A stretch of 64,000 bases of DNA from an uncultured Actinomycetes bacterium (lineage in GTDB: Bacteria > Actinomycetota > Thermoleophilia > Gaiellales > JAICJC01), in NCBI GenBank assembly GCA_963708725.1, contig CAVPTL010000008.1, forward strand, positions 530,988 through 594,987, written 5' to 3'. The stretch's first letter is position 1, and each line of letters starts with the position of its first letter. A model generated the notes under the pieces. It worked only from the letters and a program-made list of their open reading frames with translations. It ran no database searches and was not told the origin of the DNA. Shown piece by piece: positions 9,232 through 17,533 of this stretch. The position numbers and the translations under genes were made by a program.

Positions 9232-10042
9232 GGCGGCGCTCGAACGTGAGCTTGGTCTGGCCCACGCCGATTACATCTCCGTTCATCAGCGCCGTCTCGC
9301 TGACCGTGAGGCCGTTGACCTCGGTGCCGTTGGTCGATCCCAGGTCGACCAGCGAATATCCCTCCCCGATCCGCCGGATCTCGGCATGTGCCCGCGAAAC
9401 GTTGGGATCGTGCAGCACGATCGCGCAACTCGACGACCTGCCGATCGTCGAGACCGACCGCGTCAGTTCGAGCGTTTCACCCCCCCAGCTCAAGGTGGCG
9501 ACTTCGGGTGCCGGGGTCGGTTCGGCGGCGGGTGGCTCGGGAATCGGAACCGGCGCGTACACCATCGTCTGGCTCGCCGGCGGTGGCGGAGGCTCGATCG
9601 GCGGGGCGACCAGCGGTGGCACAGGAACCGGCGGAGCGACCACGTCCGGGGTGGCCCCCGCGGCGGCTTCGTCGCCTTCGCTGCTCTCGACCGAGATCCC
9701 GAACAGGCCGACTGTCAACGCCGGCTCTGTTTCGAGCGAAACCTTGGGCCGGGTCGTCAGGCTGTAGCCCTCGCGGCGGGCGTGCTCGGACAGGTACTCC
9801 TCGAGCTCGTTGGTCATCTGATGCTCGTAGGCTGCGAACTGCTCACGATCCTCCGGGTTCAGGTGCACCGTGTAGGCGTTGGGCACGTACACGCGGTGGA
9901 TCGAGATGGTGCGGTGATCGTCCATCTCCTTGGCGAGTTTGCGCGCCAGTTCGACCGGCTGCACCCCGGAGCGGAGCGTTTTTCCAAACGCCCCCTCGAC
10001 CAAGTCGCCGATCTTCCGCTCGATATTGCGAAGAACACTCAT
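9224..10042 (-). CDS. fhaA: FHA-domain protein with N-terminal DUF3662-type domain (FhaA type)
   Basis: MSVLRNIERKIGDLVEGAFGK... N-terminus, a Pro-rich linker and a C-terminal FHA domain (…GRSSSCAIVLHDPNVSRAHAEI…DLGSTNGTEVNG…). ATG at 10042 chosen over the 10-codon upstream extension. Confidence 0.85.
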   Translation of the reverse strand: MSVLRNIERKIGDLVEGAFGKTLRSGVQPVELARKLAKEMDDHRTISIHRVYVPNAYTVHLNPEDREQFAAYEHQMTNELEEYLSEHARREGYSLTTRPKVSLETEPALTVGLFGISVESSEGDEAAAGATPDVVAPPVPVPPLVAPPIEPPPPPASQTMVYAPVPIPEPPAAEPTPAPEVATLSWGGETLELTRSVSTIGRSSSCAIVLHDPNVSRAHAEIRRIGEGYSLVDLGSTNGTEVNGLTVSETALMNGDVIGVGQTKLTFERRLG

Positions 10043-10085
10043 ACTGGATGGGGGGTGGGGATCCGGTGCCATGAGCGCACCAGGT

Positions 10086-10805
10086 TCACCGACCGAAGCT
10101 GACCCGCGGGTGTACCAGCGCCCAAGCGGCCGGGATTATAGCCGCGACGCACGCGACCAATGCCGCTTGCTGCCACGCCTGACCGGCGGATCCCGAAAGC
10201 AGCGGGATCGCGATCATCGAGAGGCCGAAGCCGATTCCCCAAAGCGCGACCGCGTGGGCCCGCCGGCCTGAGGGCTCGTTCCACGCGCGGGGGAGGATGG
10301 TTGCGAACACGATCATCGCGATTGCGACGCCCACCGCATCGGGTGCGTGGGCAAGGACTCCCAGGTACACGAGCGGGTCGTTGGCTCCCGCCAGGTTGCT
10401 GGTCGCCGTAGCCGGGACGAGGCTGCCGGTTGCGAGCACGATCACCGCTCCCAGCGACGCCTCGGCGATCCGCCGCCGGTTCGTGGGAGCAGTCGCCGCG
10501 ACCAGCACGAAGGCGGGGCCCAGGCCGACGAGCGCCAGCGGCCACGCCAGCAGCGGCGCGAGCGGGCGGTTACGGCCCCAGTCGCGCGCCATCCAGATCC
10601 ACGTGGCGGCCATGCCGATCCACAACAGTCCGGCCGCCTCCGCCAGGTTCCAAAACGCCGGCACGCACATCACCGCGCCGATGGTGAGGGCGGTCAGCGG
10701 CCGAAACCAGGCCACGAGCGCAAGCACGGCCGCGAGTGGCAGCGTCCATTGCGTCGGATAAAACGGGAAGGCGGTCAGCACGAACAGCGTCGTGGTTGCC
10801 ACCAC
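10086..10805 (-). CDS. polytopic integral membrane protein, unknown function
   Basis: 239-aa very hydrophobic ORF with a GTG start. Third-codon positions are almost all G/C through 10570-10805, so this frame is the coding one in the overlap with the kinase ORF. Confidence 0.6.
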   Translation of the reverse strand: MVATTTLFVLTAFPFYPTQWTLPLAAVLALVAWFRPLTALTIGAVMCVPAFWNLAEAAGLLWIGMAATWIWMARDWGRNRPLAPLLAWPLALVGLGPAFVLVAATAPTNRRRIAEASLGAVIVLATGSLVPATATSNLAGANDPLVYLGVLAHAPDAVGVAIAMIVFATILPRAWNEPSGRRAHAVALWGIGFGLSMIAIPLLSGSAGQAWQQAALVACVAAIIPAAWALVHPRVSFGR

Positions 10806-11739
10806 GGCGCTGCTCAGCGTTCGGCCCGACGAGCGGGCTCATCAGGGGTAGCGCGTGTACGCGCGGCTTCTCGGTGGAGGCCTCAGCGGCGGCCTCGCCG
10901 GATTCGACGGCCTCGACCTCGGGAGCCAGCGCCATCAGCAGCTGATCGCGCAGCTCGGAGGCTCCCGGTCGCTTCCGGGGATCGTGATCGAGCGCTCGCG
11001 CGAGCGTGTCTGAGATCGCGATGGGGATGTCGGGGCGCGTCTCGACCAGCGGACGGGCGCCTTCGCGCAGCTTCTCCAGGAGATCGGGGAGTGTGCGCGC
11101 CTTGAAGGGGTTTCGCCCGGCCAGGTGGGAGTACAGCGTCAGGGCGGCGGCCCACACGTCGGTTGCGCCCGACGCGCGCTCGCCCGCCGCTTGCTCGGGG
11201 GCCATGTAGGAGAGCGTGCCCATCAACCGCTCCTCGAGAGTGGTCTCGAGCGCGTCGTCGTCACGCGCGATCCCAAAGTCGGTGAGACAGACCTCGCCGT
11301 CGGTCGACACCAGGATGTTGGCCGGTTTGACGTCGCGGTGGATCACCCCGCGCGAGTGCGCGTGGTCGAGTGCGTCGGCGACCGCGGCGATTGCTCGCAC
11401 GGCCTGCTCGTCGGTCAGGTCGGAACGATCGAAGCGTTCTCCCACCACCAACTCGGAGATCAGGTAGGCATTGTCCTCATCAGACTCGACCCCGACCACG
11501 GTGTGGATGTTGGGGTGGGCGAGTTTCGATGCGGTGCGGGCTTCGCGCTCGGCGCGAGCCGCCAGTCCTTCGCTGCGGCGAAACACCTTGACGGCGACCG
11601 AGCGGGCGCCGCTGGCGTCATGCCCGGAATAGACCGAGCCGAACCCGCCCTTGCCGAGCATCTCCTGGAGCTCGTATTTTCCGGCCACGGTGCGACCGGA
11701 CATATCGGATCCGGGGTCAAGCTGAGCAGGTTGCGCCAC
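10570..11739 (-). CDS. Ser/Thr protein kinase; 3' end doubtful
   Basis: Kinase motifs (LGKGGFGSVY, HRDVKPANIL, DFGIA, SYMAPEQ). The last ~80 codons are Arg/Gly-rich and overlap the membrane ORF by 236 nt, so there may be a frameshift or fusion. Confidence 0.75.
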   Translation of the reverse strand: MAQPAQLDPGSDMSGRTVAGKYELQEMLGKGGFGSVYSGHDASGARSVAVKVFRRSEGLAARAEREARTASKLAHPNIHTVVGVESDEDNAYLISELVVGERFDRSDLTDEQAVRAIAAVADALDHAHSRGVIHRDVKPANILVSTDGEVCLTDFGIARDDDALETTLEERLMGTLSYMAPEQAAGERASGATDVWAAALTLYSHLAGRNPFKARTLPDLLEKLREGARPLVETRPDIPIAISDTLARALDHDPRKRPGASELRDQLLMALAPEVEAVESGEAAAEASTEKPRVHALPLMSPLVGPNAEQRRGGNHDAVRADRLPVLSDAMDAATRGRACARGLVSAADRPHHRRGDVRAGVLEPGGGGRTVVDRHGRHVDLDGARLGP

Positions 11740-11802
11740 GCCGCAGGGATTGGCGGCACGCGGCCGGAGTCCTGCAAATCCCTGTCCGTGGAGCGTGGTA
11801 GT

Positions 11803-13002
11803 GTGAGTTTCGTGCCTCCTGAAGACTTCTTCGACGAGGACTGGGAGGAGCCGAGCAAGACCCAGGAAACGGCCGCCACTCGACCCTCGAGTGGTGCTCC
11901 CCCCACCGGTCCCGGCGCCCCCAACCCACCGCCAACCGGGCGGTCACGTCCGCGGCTTCGAACAGGTGGCGGCGGTCGCCCACCCCGCTCGGGTCAATCG
12001 CTCGAATACGGACGGCTGGCGCTGCTGGGCGGCGGGATCGTGCTCGTGCTGCTGGTCGGGTGGCTGCTGGTAAGTCAGTTCGGCGGAAGCTCCGTGCCCC
12101 CGTCGCAAAAGTATTTCAACTCACTCGGCCCCATCATCAAGAGCTCGAATGCCGCCGGTGTCGAGTTCCACCAGCTGATGCTGCGGCCTCAGACGCCGGT
12201 CACGAAGTTCAAGGAGGGGCTCAACTCCCAGCTCACCCAATCGCAGGCGGCGGTGACCAACGCCAGCGCGCTCAAGCCTCCCAAGCAGCTCGCCCCTGTG
12301 CAGCCGTTCCTGTTGCAAGCCCTCCAGTACCGGGTAAATGGGCTGACGTGCCTGCTCAAGAACGCCGACGCTGCCTACGCGGCCCACACCCAGATCGGGG
12401 CGGGCACCGCGATGGCGCAATGTACGCAGAAGCTGCTCGCCTCCGACGTGATCTACGCCGACTCGTTCTCGGGCGCGGCGACAGTGATCCTCAAGTCCGA
12501 CAACACGGTCGCCCAGCCGCCGACGTCGCGGTTCCTGGCTCCGAGCGACACCAACCTGGTGCTCCCCACCGGATTCGGCGAGGCGATCCAGCGCTTGTCC
12601 AAGCCGCCCACCGGTCTGCACGGCACCGAGGTCGGTCGCATCACCGCGCTGCCGTCGGGCAAGGTGCTTCAGGGTGCCGGACCGACCCAGGTGCAGGAGT
12701 CGAGTGACCTGTCGTTCCAGGTGAACGTGATCAACAAGGGGAACTTCGAAGAGGTGCAGATCCCGGTCGACTTCGTGATGACCCATCCGGGTGCCAAGAC
12801 GATCAAGAAGACCGAGATCATTCCCGAGGTCGCCGCGCACAAGAAGACGCAGGTGACGTTCACCGACATCTTCGACAGTTCCAACATCCCGCAGTACAAC
12901 CAGCCATACACGATCACGGTCACTGTGCATAAGGTTCCGGGTGAAACCCGCCTCGACAACAACCACACGACCACCAAAGTCACCTTCCTGGCACCGAAAT
13001 GA
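11803..13002 (+). CDS. membrane-anchored protein with Pro-rich N-terminus, one TM helix and a C-terminal CARDB-like beta-sandwich domain
   Basis: The coding-looking part of ORF 11125..13002 starts at GTG 11803 (VSFVPPEDFFDEDW). TM segment LALLGGGIVLVLLVGWLLV. The C-terminal pattern (VNVINKGNFEE…TVTVHKVPGETRLDNN) resembles CARDB. Confidence 0.65.
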   Translation: MSFVPPEDFFDEDWEEPSKTQETAATRPSSGAPPTGPGAPNPPPTGRSRPRLRTGGGGRPPRSGQSLEYGRLALLGGGIVLVLLVGWLLVSQFGGSSVPPSQKYFNSLGPIIKSSNAAGVEFHQLMLRPQTPVTKFKEGLNSQLTQSQAAVTNASALKPPKQLAPVQPFLLQALQYRVNGLTCLLKNADAAYAAHTQIGAGTAMAQCTQKLLASDVIYADSFSGAATVILKSDNTVAQPPTSRFLAPSDTNLVLPTGFGEAIQRLSKPPTGLHGTEVGRITALPSGKVLQGAGPTQVQESSDLSFQVNVINKGNFEEVQIPVDFVMTHPGAKTIKKTEIIPEVAAHKKTQVTFTDIFDSSNIPQYNQPYTITVTVHKVPGETRLDNNHTTTKVTFLAPK

Positions 13003-13481
13003 CCCGAACTGATACTGCGATGTACGTGGCGATCGCCGCGGCCGCGCTCGCGGTCGTGCTTGCGATCGTCGTGATCTACCTGCTGGTGGCGGTTCGCCGT
13101 TTGCGTGCCAATCAGCGCTTGATCGTCGGCGGTGACACCCACGATCTCGTGGAGTACGCCGTTGGGCTGCTCGCCCGGGTTGAGGACTGCGAGGTTCGCT
13201 TCGGCGCGGTCGAGAGTGCAACTGGCGCCGCCATCGGGCGCATCGACGGCTGTCTGCAGCGCCGGTCGCTGCTGCGCTACGACGCACTCGAAGGGTCGGG
13301 CGGCAAGCAGTCGGCGACGATCGCGGTGACCGACGCTTCCGGGTCGGGGCTGGTGCTCTCGGCGATCCAGGGCCGCGACTACGCCCGGATCTACATCAAG
13401 GACGTTCGCGAAGGCGAGAGCGACGTCGAGCTCTCACCCGAGGAGCAGCGCGCTCTCGACGTGGCCGCCGGCGAACCCTGA
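12999..13481 (+). CDS. DUF4446-like membrane protein
   Basis: N-terminal TM helix plus a conserved-looking core (RYDALEGSGGKQSATIAVTDASGSGLVLSAIQGRDYARIY). The ATG overlaps the upstream stop (ATGA). Confidence 0.6.
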   Translation: MTRTDTAMYVAIAAAALAVVLAIVVIYLLVAVRRLRANQRLIVGGDTHDLVEYAVGLLARVEDCEVRFGAVESATGAAIGRIDGCLQRRSLLRYDALEGSGGKQSATIAVTDASGSGLVLSAIQGRDYARIYIKDVREGESDVELSPEEQRALDVAAGEP

Positions 13482-13732
13482 CCGGTCAAGTCGAGGTGGA
13501 GATGGCGGGCGACCGCGAGCCCACGGTGTTGGTCGACGGGGTGGGCGCTGCGGCCAGTGCGGCCACCCATGGCCACCAGTAACTCCATACGTGTGGCTCG
13601 TCGCCGGTCGAGTTTGCTGCGCCGCCGGAGCCGGAATCGGGGGTGAGTCGGTGACTATCCACGGAAACGAAGGCAGTATTCCCGAGGCCTCGGACGTCGC
13701 CCGGCGGTGAGCCAGCGTGTACGGTGGATGCC

Positions 13733-14353
13733 ATGGTAAGGATTCGACTCGTCCCCCAATCGCGCGAGTTCTACGAGCTGTTCGACCGTTCAGCCCAGAA
13801 CCTGGTGGCGACTTCGCGACTGCTGCTGGAGCTGCTCGAGCATTATCCCGACCGCAGCGGACTGGTGGCCGAGATCAAGGATCGTGAGCACGAGGGCGAC
13901 AACGTCACCCACGAGATCGTCCAGCTGCTGCACAAGACGTTCGTCACGCCGATCGATCGCGAAGATATCTACGACCTGTGCACGGCACTCGACGACATCT
14001 GCGATTTCATGGATGAGGTCGCCGACCAGTTGACACTGTATGGGGTTGAAGAGGTGCCGCCCGAGGCCATCGACCAGGCCGGGGTGATCCTGCGGGCCGT
14101 CGACAAGCTCGCCCAGGCCGTGGCGGGGTTGAATGGCCTCAGCGATGTCAGCGACGTCCTGGTCGAGATCCACACGCTCGAGGATGAGGGTGATCGGCTG
14201 CTGCGCAAGGCGACGGCCAACCTGTTCTCCAACGGTCTGGATCCGCTGGTCGTGATCCGGTGGAAGGACATTCACCAGGGCCTCGAGCAGGCCGTCGATG
14301 CGTGCGAGCACGCAGCGCATGTGCTCGAGAGCGTGTATCTCAAGAACCGATGA
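13733..14353 (+). CDS. DUF47/PhoU-like phosphate-transport accessory protein
   Basis: MVRIRLVPQSREFYELFDRSAQN…EHEGDNVTHEI…TPIDREDI… is typical of the PiT-associated DUF47 family. It is coupled to the PiT gene by an ATGA overlap. Confidence 0.85.
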   Translation: MVRIRLVPQSREFYELFDRSAQNLVATSRLLLELLEHYPDRSGLVAEIKDREHEGDNVTHEIVQLLHKTFVTPIDREDIYDLCTALDDICDFMDEVADQLTLYGVEEVPPEAIDQAGVILRAVDKLAQAVAGLNGLSDVSDVLVEIHTLEDEGDRLLRKATANLFSNGLDPLVVIRWKDIHQGLEQAVDACEHAAHVLESVYLKNR

Positions 14354-15339
14354 ACGACGTGATGCTGTGGGTGGTGATCGCCTGCGCGATCGGGTTTGAC
14401 TTCACCAACGGCTTTCACGACACGGCCAACGCGGTCGCCACCAGCGTCTCGACTCGCGCGCTGGCTCCTCGCACGGCGGTGTTGATCGCCGCGGTGATGA
14501 ACCTCGCTGGTGCCTTTGCCTGGACAGCCGTCGCCGAGACCGTCGGTAGCGGACTTCTGAACGGGGCGGTGAGCTTGCGCGTGTTGCTTGCCGCCGTGCT
14601 TGGAGCCACGGCCTGGAACCTGATGACGTGGCGGATGGGCTTGCCGTCGTCCTCGTCGCACGCGCTGATCGGCGGGCTGGTCGGCGCGGCGGTGGCCGGT
14701 GGCGGGACCGCCGCGGTCGATTGGAGTGGAATCTGGACGAAGGTGATCATCCCGGCGGTCGAGAGCCCATTGATCGGATTCGTGCTCGCCGGGTTGGTCA
14801 TGCTTGCGATCCTGTGGGGGTTCCGGCGGGTTCGGCCGGCACCCCTGACCCGTTCGTTTCGTCACCTGCAGATCGCATCGGGCAGCCTGATGGCGTTTCT
14901 CCACGGCACCAACGACGCGCAAAAGACAATGGGCGTGATTGCATTGGCTCTCTACTCGACACACCACATCAACTCCTTCTACATCCCGTGGTACGTGAAG
15001 CTTTCGGCTGGCCTGGCGTTGGGGATCGGCACCTATGTCGGTGGTTGGCGGATCATGCGCACGATGGGCACGCGGATCACGAAGCTCGAATCGCCGCAGG
15101 GCTTTGCCGCCCAGGCGACCGCCAGCGTGGTGCTCGCGATCACGGCGAGCCAGGGGTTTCCGATCTCGACCACCCATGTGATCTCGGGGTCGGTGATGGG
15201 AGCGGGGGCGACCACCAAACTCTCGGCCGTTCGGTGGGGTATCGCGGCCAACATCGTGGTGGCCTGGATCGTGACCCTGCCGGCGGCTGCCCTCGTCTCC
15301 GCGGCGGTGTACGGCCTGCTCGGTCCGTTCACCACCTAA
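14350..15339 (+). CDS. pit: inorganic phosphate transporter, PiT family
   Basis: MNDVMLWVVIACAIGFDFTNGFHDTANAVATSV… and the second GxNDAQKTMG signature. The real start is ATG 14350, inside the longer track ORF. Confidence 0.9.
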   Translation: MNDVMLWVVIACAIGFDFTNGFHDTANAVATSVSTRALAPRTAVLIAAVMNLAGAFAWTAVAETVGSGLLNGAVSLRVLLAAVLGATAWNLMTWRMGLPSSSSHALIGGLVGAAVAGGGTAAVDWSGIWTKVIIPAVESPLIGFVLAGLVMLAILWGFRRVRPAPLTRSFRHLQIASGSLMAFLHGTNDAQKTMGVIALALYSTHHINSFYIPWYVKLSAGLALGIGTYVGGWRIMRTMGTRITKLESPQGFAAQATASVVLAITASQGFPISTTHVISGSVMGAGATTKLSAVRWGIAANIVVAWIVTLPAAALVSAAVYGLLGPFTT

Positions 15340-15396
15340 TCGCCCGAAACACGAAGTGGATTACCGCGATTCGGGGATGTCGGTTTCGTTTTCCGC
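15339..15396 (+). terminator. possible intrinsic terminator after pit
   Basis: ATCGCCCGAA (15339-15348) pairs with TTCGGGGAT (15370-15378): 9 bp, one bulged G, 21-nt loop. It is followed by the T-rich GTCGGTTTCGTTTTCC. Hand-folded only. Confidence 0.3.
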
Positions 15397-15414
15397 TCAC
15401 TACTGTTTGCGCCC

Positions 15415-17421
15415 GTGGTCACGAACGGCTCCAACCACCTCCGACCCGACGTGCGGTCCCAGCTGAATCCCCCACGGGGAGTGGCTGAGGTCGTCGCGGA
15501 GTTGTCCGCGGTGGGGCCCGACGCGTTGCCCTCCGCTGCGTGTCGTGCTCTGGCCGACGTACTTCCGCTCGACGAGGCCCGGTTCGTCACCAACATCGGG
15601 GAGGTCGGGTCGTGGGCGCGGGTTCGAGATCGCCGCCGAAGCATCCGTCGACACAGCGTGCAGACCGCTGTGTCCGGGGCAACCGAGCGGCCGTTGCAAT
15701 GGCGAGACGGAAACCAGACGCTGCTTGCAGTGCCGGTTCGCCGCAGCGGCCGTCGGTTGGCGGTGCTCCTTGGATCGGCCGCAACGACGCAGGAGTTCAC
15801 CGATCGGGAAGTACACACGGGTGAGCTCGTGGCCGCTGCGGTCGCGGCGGCCGACGGCGACTCCGAGCGCGACCGTGAAGCGACCGCGCGGCCGCTGGAG
15901 GCTGCGGTGTCGGAGATCGAGGTTGGATGGGCCACGGTCGAGGCGCTGAAAGCGGTGTTGGAGTTCGACGCGTGTCGCGTGTATCTCCCCGGTGTGGGGG
16001 ACAACCGGGTTGCACCGATCGTTCAGTGTGGGATCGGGCAGACTGCGTGCCCCGAAGCGACGACCGCCGAGGCGTGTGCGCCGGGAGTCGGTGCCGCGGG
16101 CCGGGCGATGCTGGACGGGCGATCGCGGATCATCCCCAACAGCCGTTTCGAGCCGCACGCCGCCAAGATCGTCGATGTCGTACCCGTCGACGAATCACTC
16201 TTGGTGGTCCCGGTGATGGTGCATGAGCAGCCCGTTGCGGTGATCGTGGTCGCTCGGCTTGGCGCCGACCAGATCAGTCGCGGAGATCTGGTTGAGGTCG
16301 AGCGCGTTGCCATGCGTTCTGCCTCGGCCTTTCGGGCGGTGGGGCTGTTTCGAAAGGCAGCCGAGCAGGCCCGCGTCTCGCAGGCGTTGCTGGAGCTCGG
16401 TGAGGCACTCGGCGCCCAGACCGGCGTGGAGGGAGTCGCCGCGATGCTTGCGGCCGCCGCTGACCGGTTGATCGAGTGCGCGGCGGTGTCGGTGTGGCTG
16501 CGCGACGGCGATCAGATGCGCATAGCCTCCGCGCGCGGATACACCCCCGACGAATCCGCGCGACTCTTCGAGCAACCGATTCCGGCCGATGCTCCCCTGT
16601 TCGCCGAGGCACTCGATCGCCGCGAGGTGGTGGTGCGCCCGTTCCTCGCCGCCGAGCCGCTCGCCTCGCGACTCGATGGCACGCTCGACGGCTCGACATT
16701 CGCCGTTGTCGCGGTCGGCGAGCGCTCGGCGAATCGGGCTGCCATCGTCGTCCAGCGTGGCCCGCGCCGGGGTGCTCCGTCCCCGCTCGAACGCCAGATG
16801 CTGCATGGCATCGCGGATCAGACCTTGATCGCGCTCACAAACCGGATGCTGTATGCCGAACTCGACCAGTGGTTTCTGGCGACGGTGCAGGCACTTGCCA
16901 CAGCGCTCGAGACCAAGGACGAGTACACGGGGATGCACGCAAGCCAGCTCGAGCAACTCTGCACCACCGTCGCGTCCGAGCTTGGCCTGACCGGGGCCGA
17001 GTTGCGAAACGTGAAGCTCGGTGCGCTGCTGCACGACATCGGCAAGATCGGAATCCCGTCGCCGATCCTGAACAAGCCCGCGCCACTGACCGAGGCGGAG
17101 TGGGAGGTGATGCGGCGCCATCCTGAGCTCGGCGCTCGCATCATCGAGCCGGTCGCCGGCCTCGACGGCGCCCGCGAGCTGGTGATCGCCTGTCATGAGC
17201 ACTGGGATGGGAGCGGCTATCCCAACGGCCTTGCGGGCGAGGCGATCCCACTGGGGGCGCGCATCATCCTGACCTGCGATGCCTACGACGCGATGACCTC
17301 TGATCGGGTGTATCGCGCCGCGCTTCCGGTCTCGGAGGCGATTGTCGAACTCCAGCGACACGCCGGCACACAGTTTGATCCGGCGGTGGCGGATGCAGTG
17401 GTGGCCGTCGTCGGCGAGTGA
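15415..17421 (+). CDS. GAF-domain-containing HD-GYP protein (putative c-di-GMP phosphodiesterase)
   Basis: The C-terminal HD-GYP domain is clear (HDIGKIGIP…CHEHWDGSGYPNGL). The N-terminal ~430 aa look like tandem GAF domains. The start is uncertain. Confidence 0.85.
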   Translation: MVTNGSNHLRPDVRSQLNPPRGVAEVVAELSAVGPDALPSAACRALADVLPLDEARFVTNIGEVGSWARVRDRRRSIRRHSVQTAVSGATERPLQWRDGNQTLLAVPVRRSGRRLAVLLGSAATTQEFTDREVHTGELVAAAVAAADGDSERDREATARPLEAAVSEIEVGWATVEALKAVLEFDACRVYLPGVGDNRVAPIVQCGIGQTACPEATTAEACAPGVGAAGRAMLDGRSRIIPNSRFEPHAAKIVDVVPVDESLLVVPVMVHEQPVAVIVVARLGADQISRGDLVEVERVAMRSASAFRAVGLFRKAAEQARVSQALLELGEALGAQTGVEGVAAMLAAAADRLIECAAVSVWLRDGDQMRIASARGYTPDESARLFEQPIPADAPLFAEALDRREVVVRPFLAAEPLASRLDGTLDGSTFAVVAVGERSANRAAIVVQRGPRRGAPSPLERQMLHGIADQTLIALTNRMLYAELDQWFLATVQALATALETKDEYTGMHASQLEQLCTTVASELGLTGAELRNVKLGALLHDIGKIGIPSPILNKPAPLTEAEWEVMRRHPELGARIIEPVAGLDGARELVIACHEHWDGSGYPNGLAGEAIPLGARIILTCDAYDAMTSDRVYRAALPVSEAIVELQRHAGTQFDPAVADAVVAVVGE

Positions 17422-17451
17422 TTTCCGGGCAGTCGTGTAAGCTTTGAGCGT

Positions 17452-17490
17452 CGATCCCAACGGCGGGGTCGGCAGAGGCAACGACGCCTC
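17452..17490 (+). promoter_or_regulatory. candidate ANTAR-target RNA: two hexaloop hairpins (P1, P2) in the glnA leader
   Basis: P1 is CGATCCC[AACGGC]GGGGTCG (17452-17471). P2 is GAGGC[AACGAC]GCCTC (17475-17490). Both loops are 6 nt with A1 and G4. The P2 3' arm is shared with the terminator stem. Confidence 0.55.
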
Positions 17491-17533
17491 CAGGTGACGG
17501 ATTTCGCGATCCGCCACCTGGGGGCGTTTTTTT
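17486..17533 (+). terminator. intrinsic terminator (17-bp stem, T7 tract) between the HD-GYP gene and glnA
   Basis: GCCTCCAGGTGACGGAT[TTCGCG]ATCCGCCACCTGGGGGC with one A/C mismatch, then G and TTTTTTT (17527-17533). Confidence 0.8.

Noticed and set aside
13486-13734. 82-aa minus-strand ORF in the spacer before the PhoU-like gene.
   Set aside because: It has no ribosome-binding site and its composition is unremarkable (Ser/Gly/Pro/Thr-rich). It is antisense to the more coding-like 26-codon frame, so it is probably chance in a GC-rich spacer.
17503-17508. Counting the terminator hairpin itself as an ANTAR P2 stem-loop, since it also has a 6-nt loop (TTCGCG).
   Set aside because: The loop has T, not A, at position 1. 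The separate GAGGC[AACGAC]GCCTC hairpin fits the A1/G4 rule and the overlap logic better.
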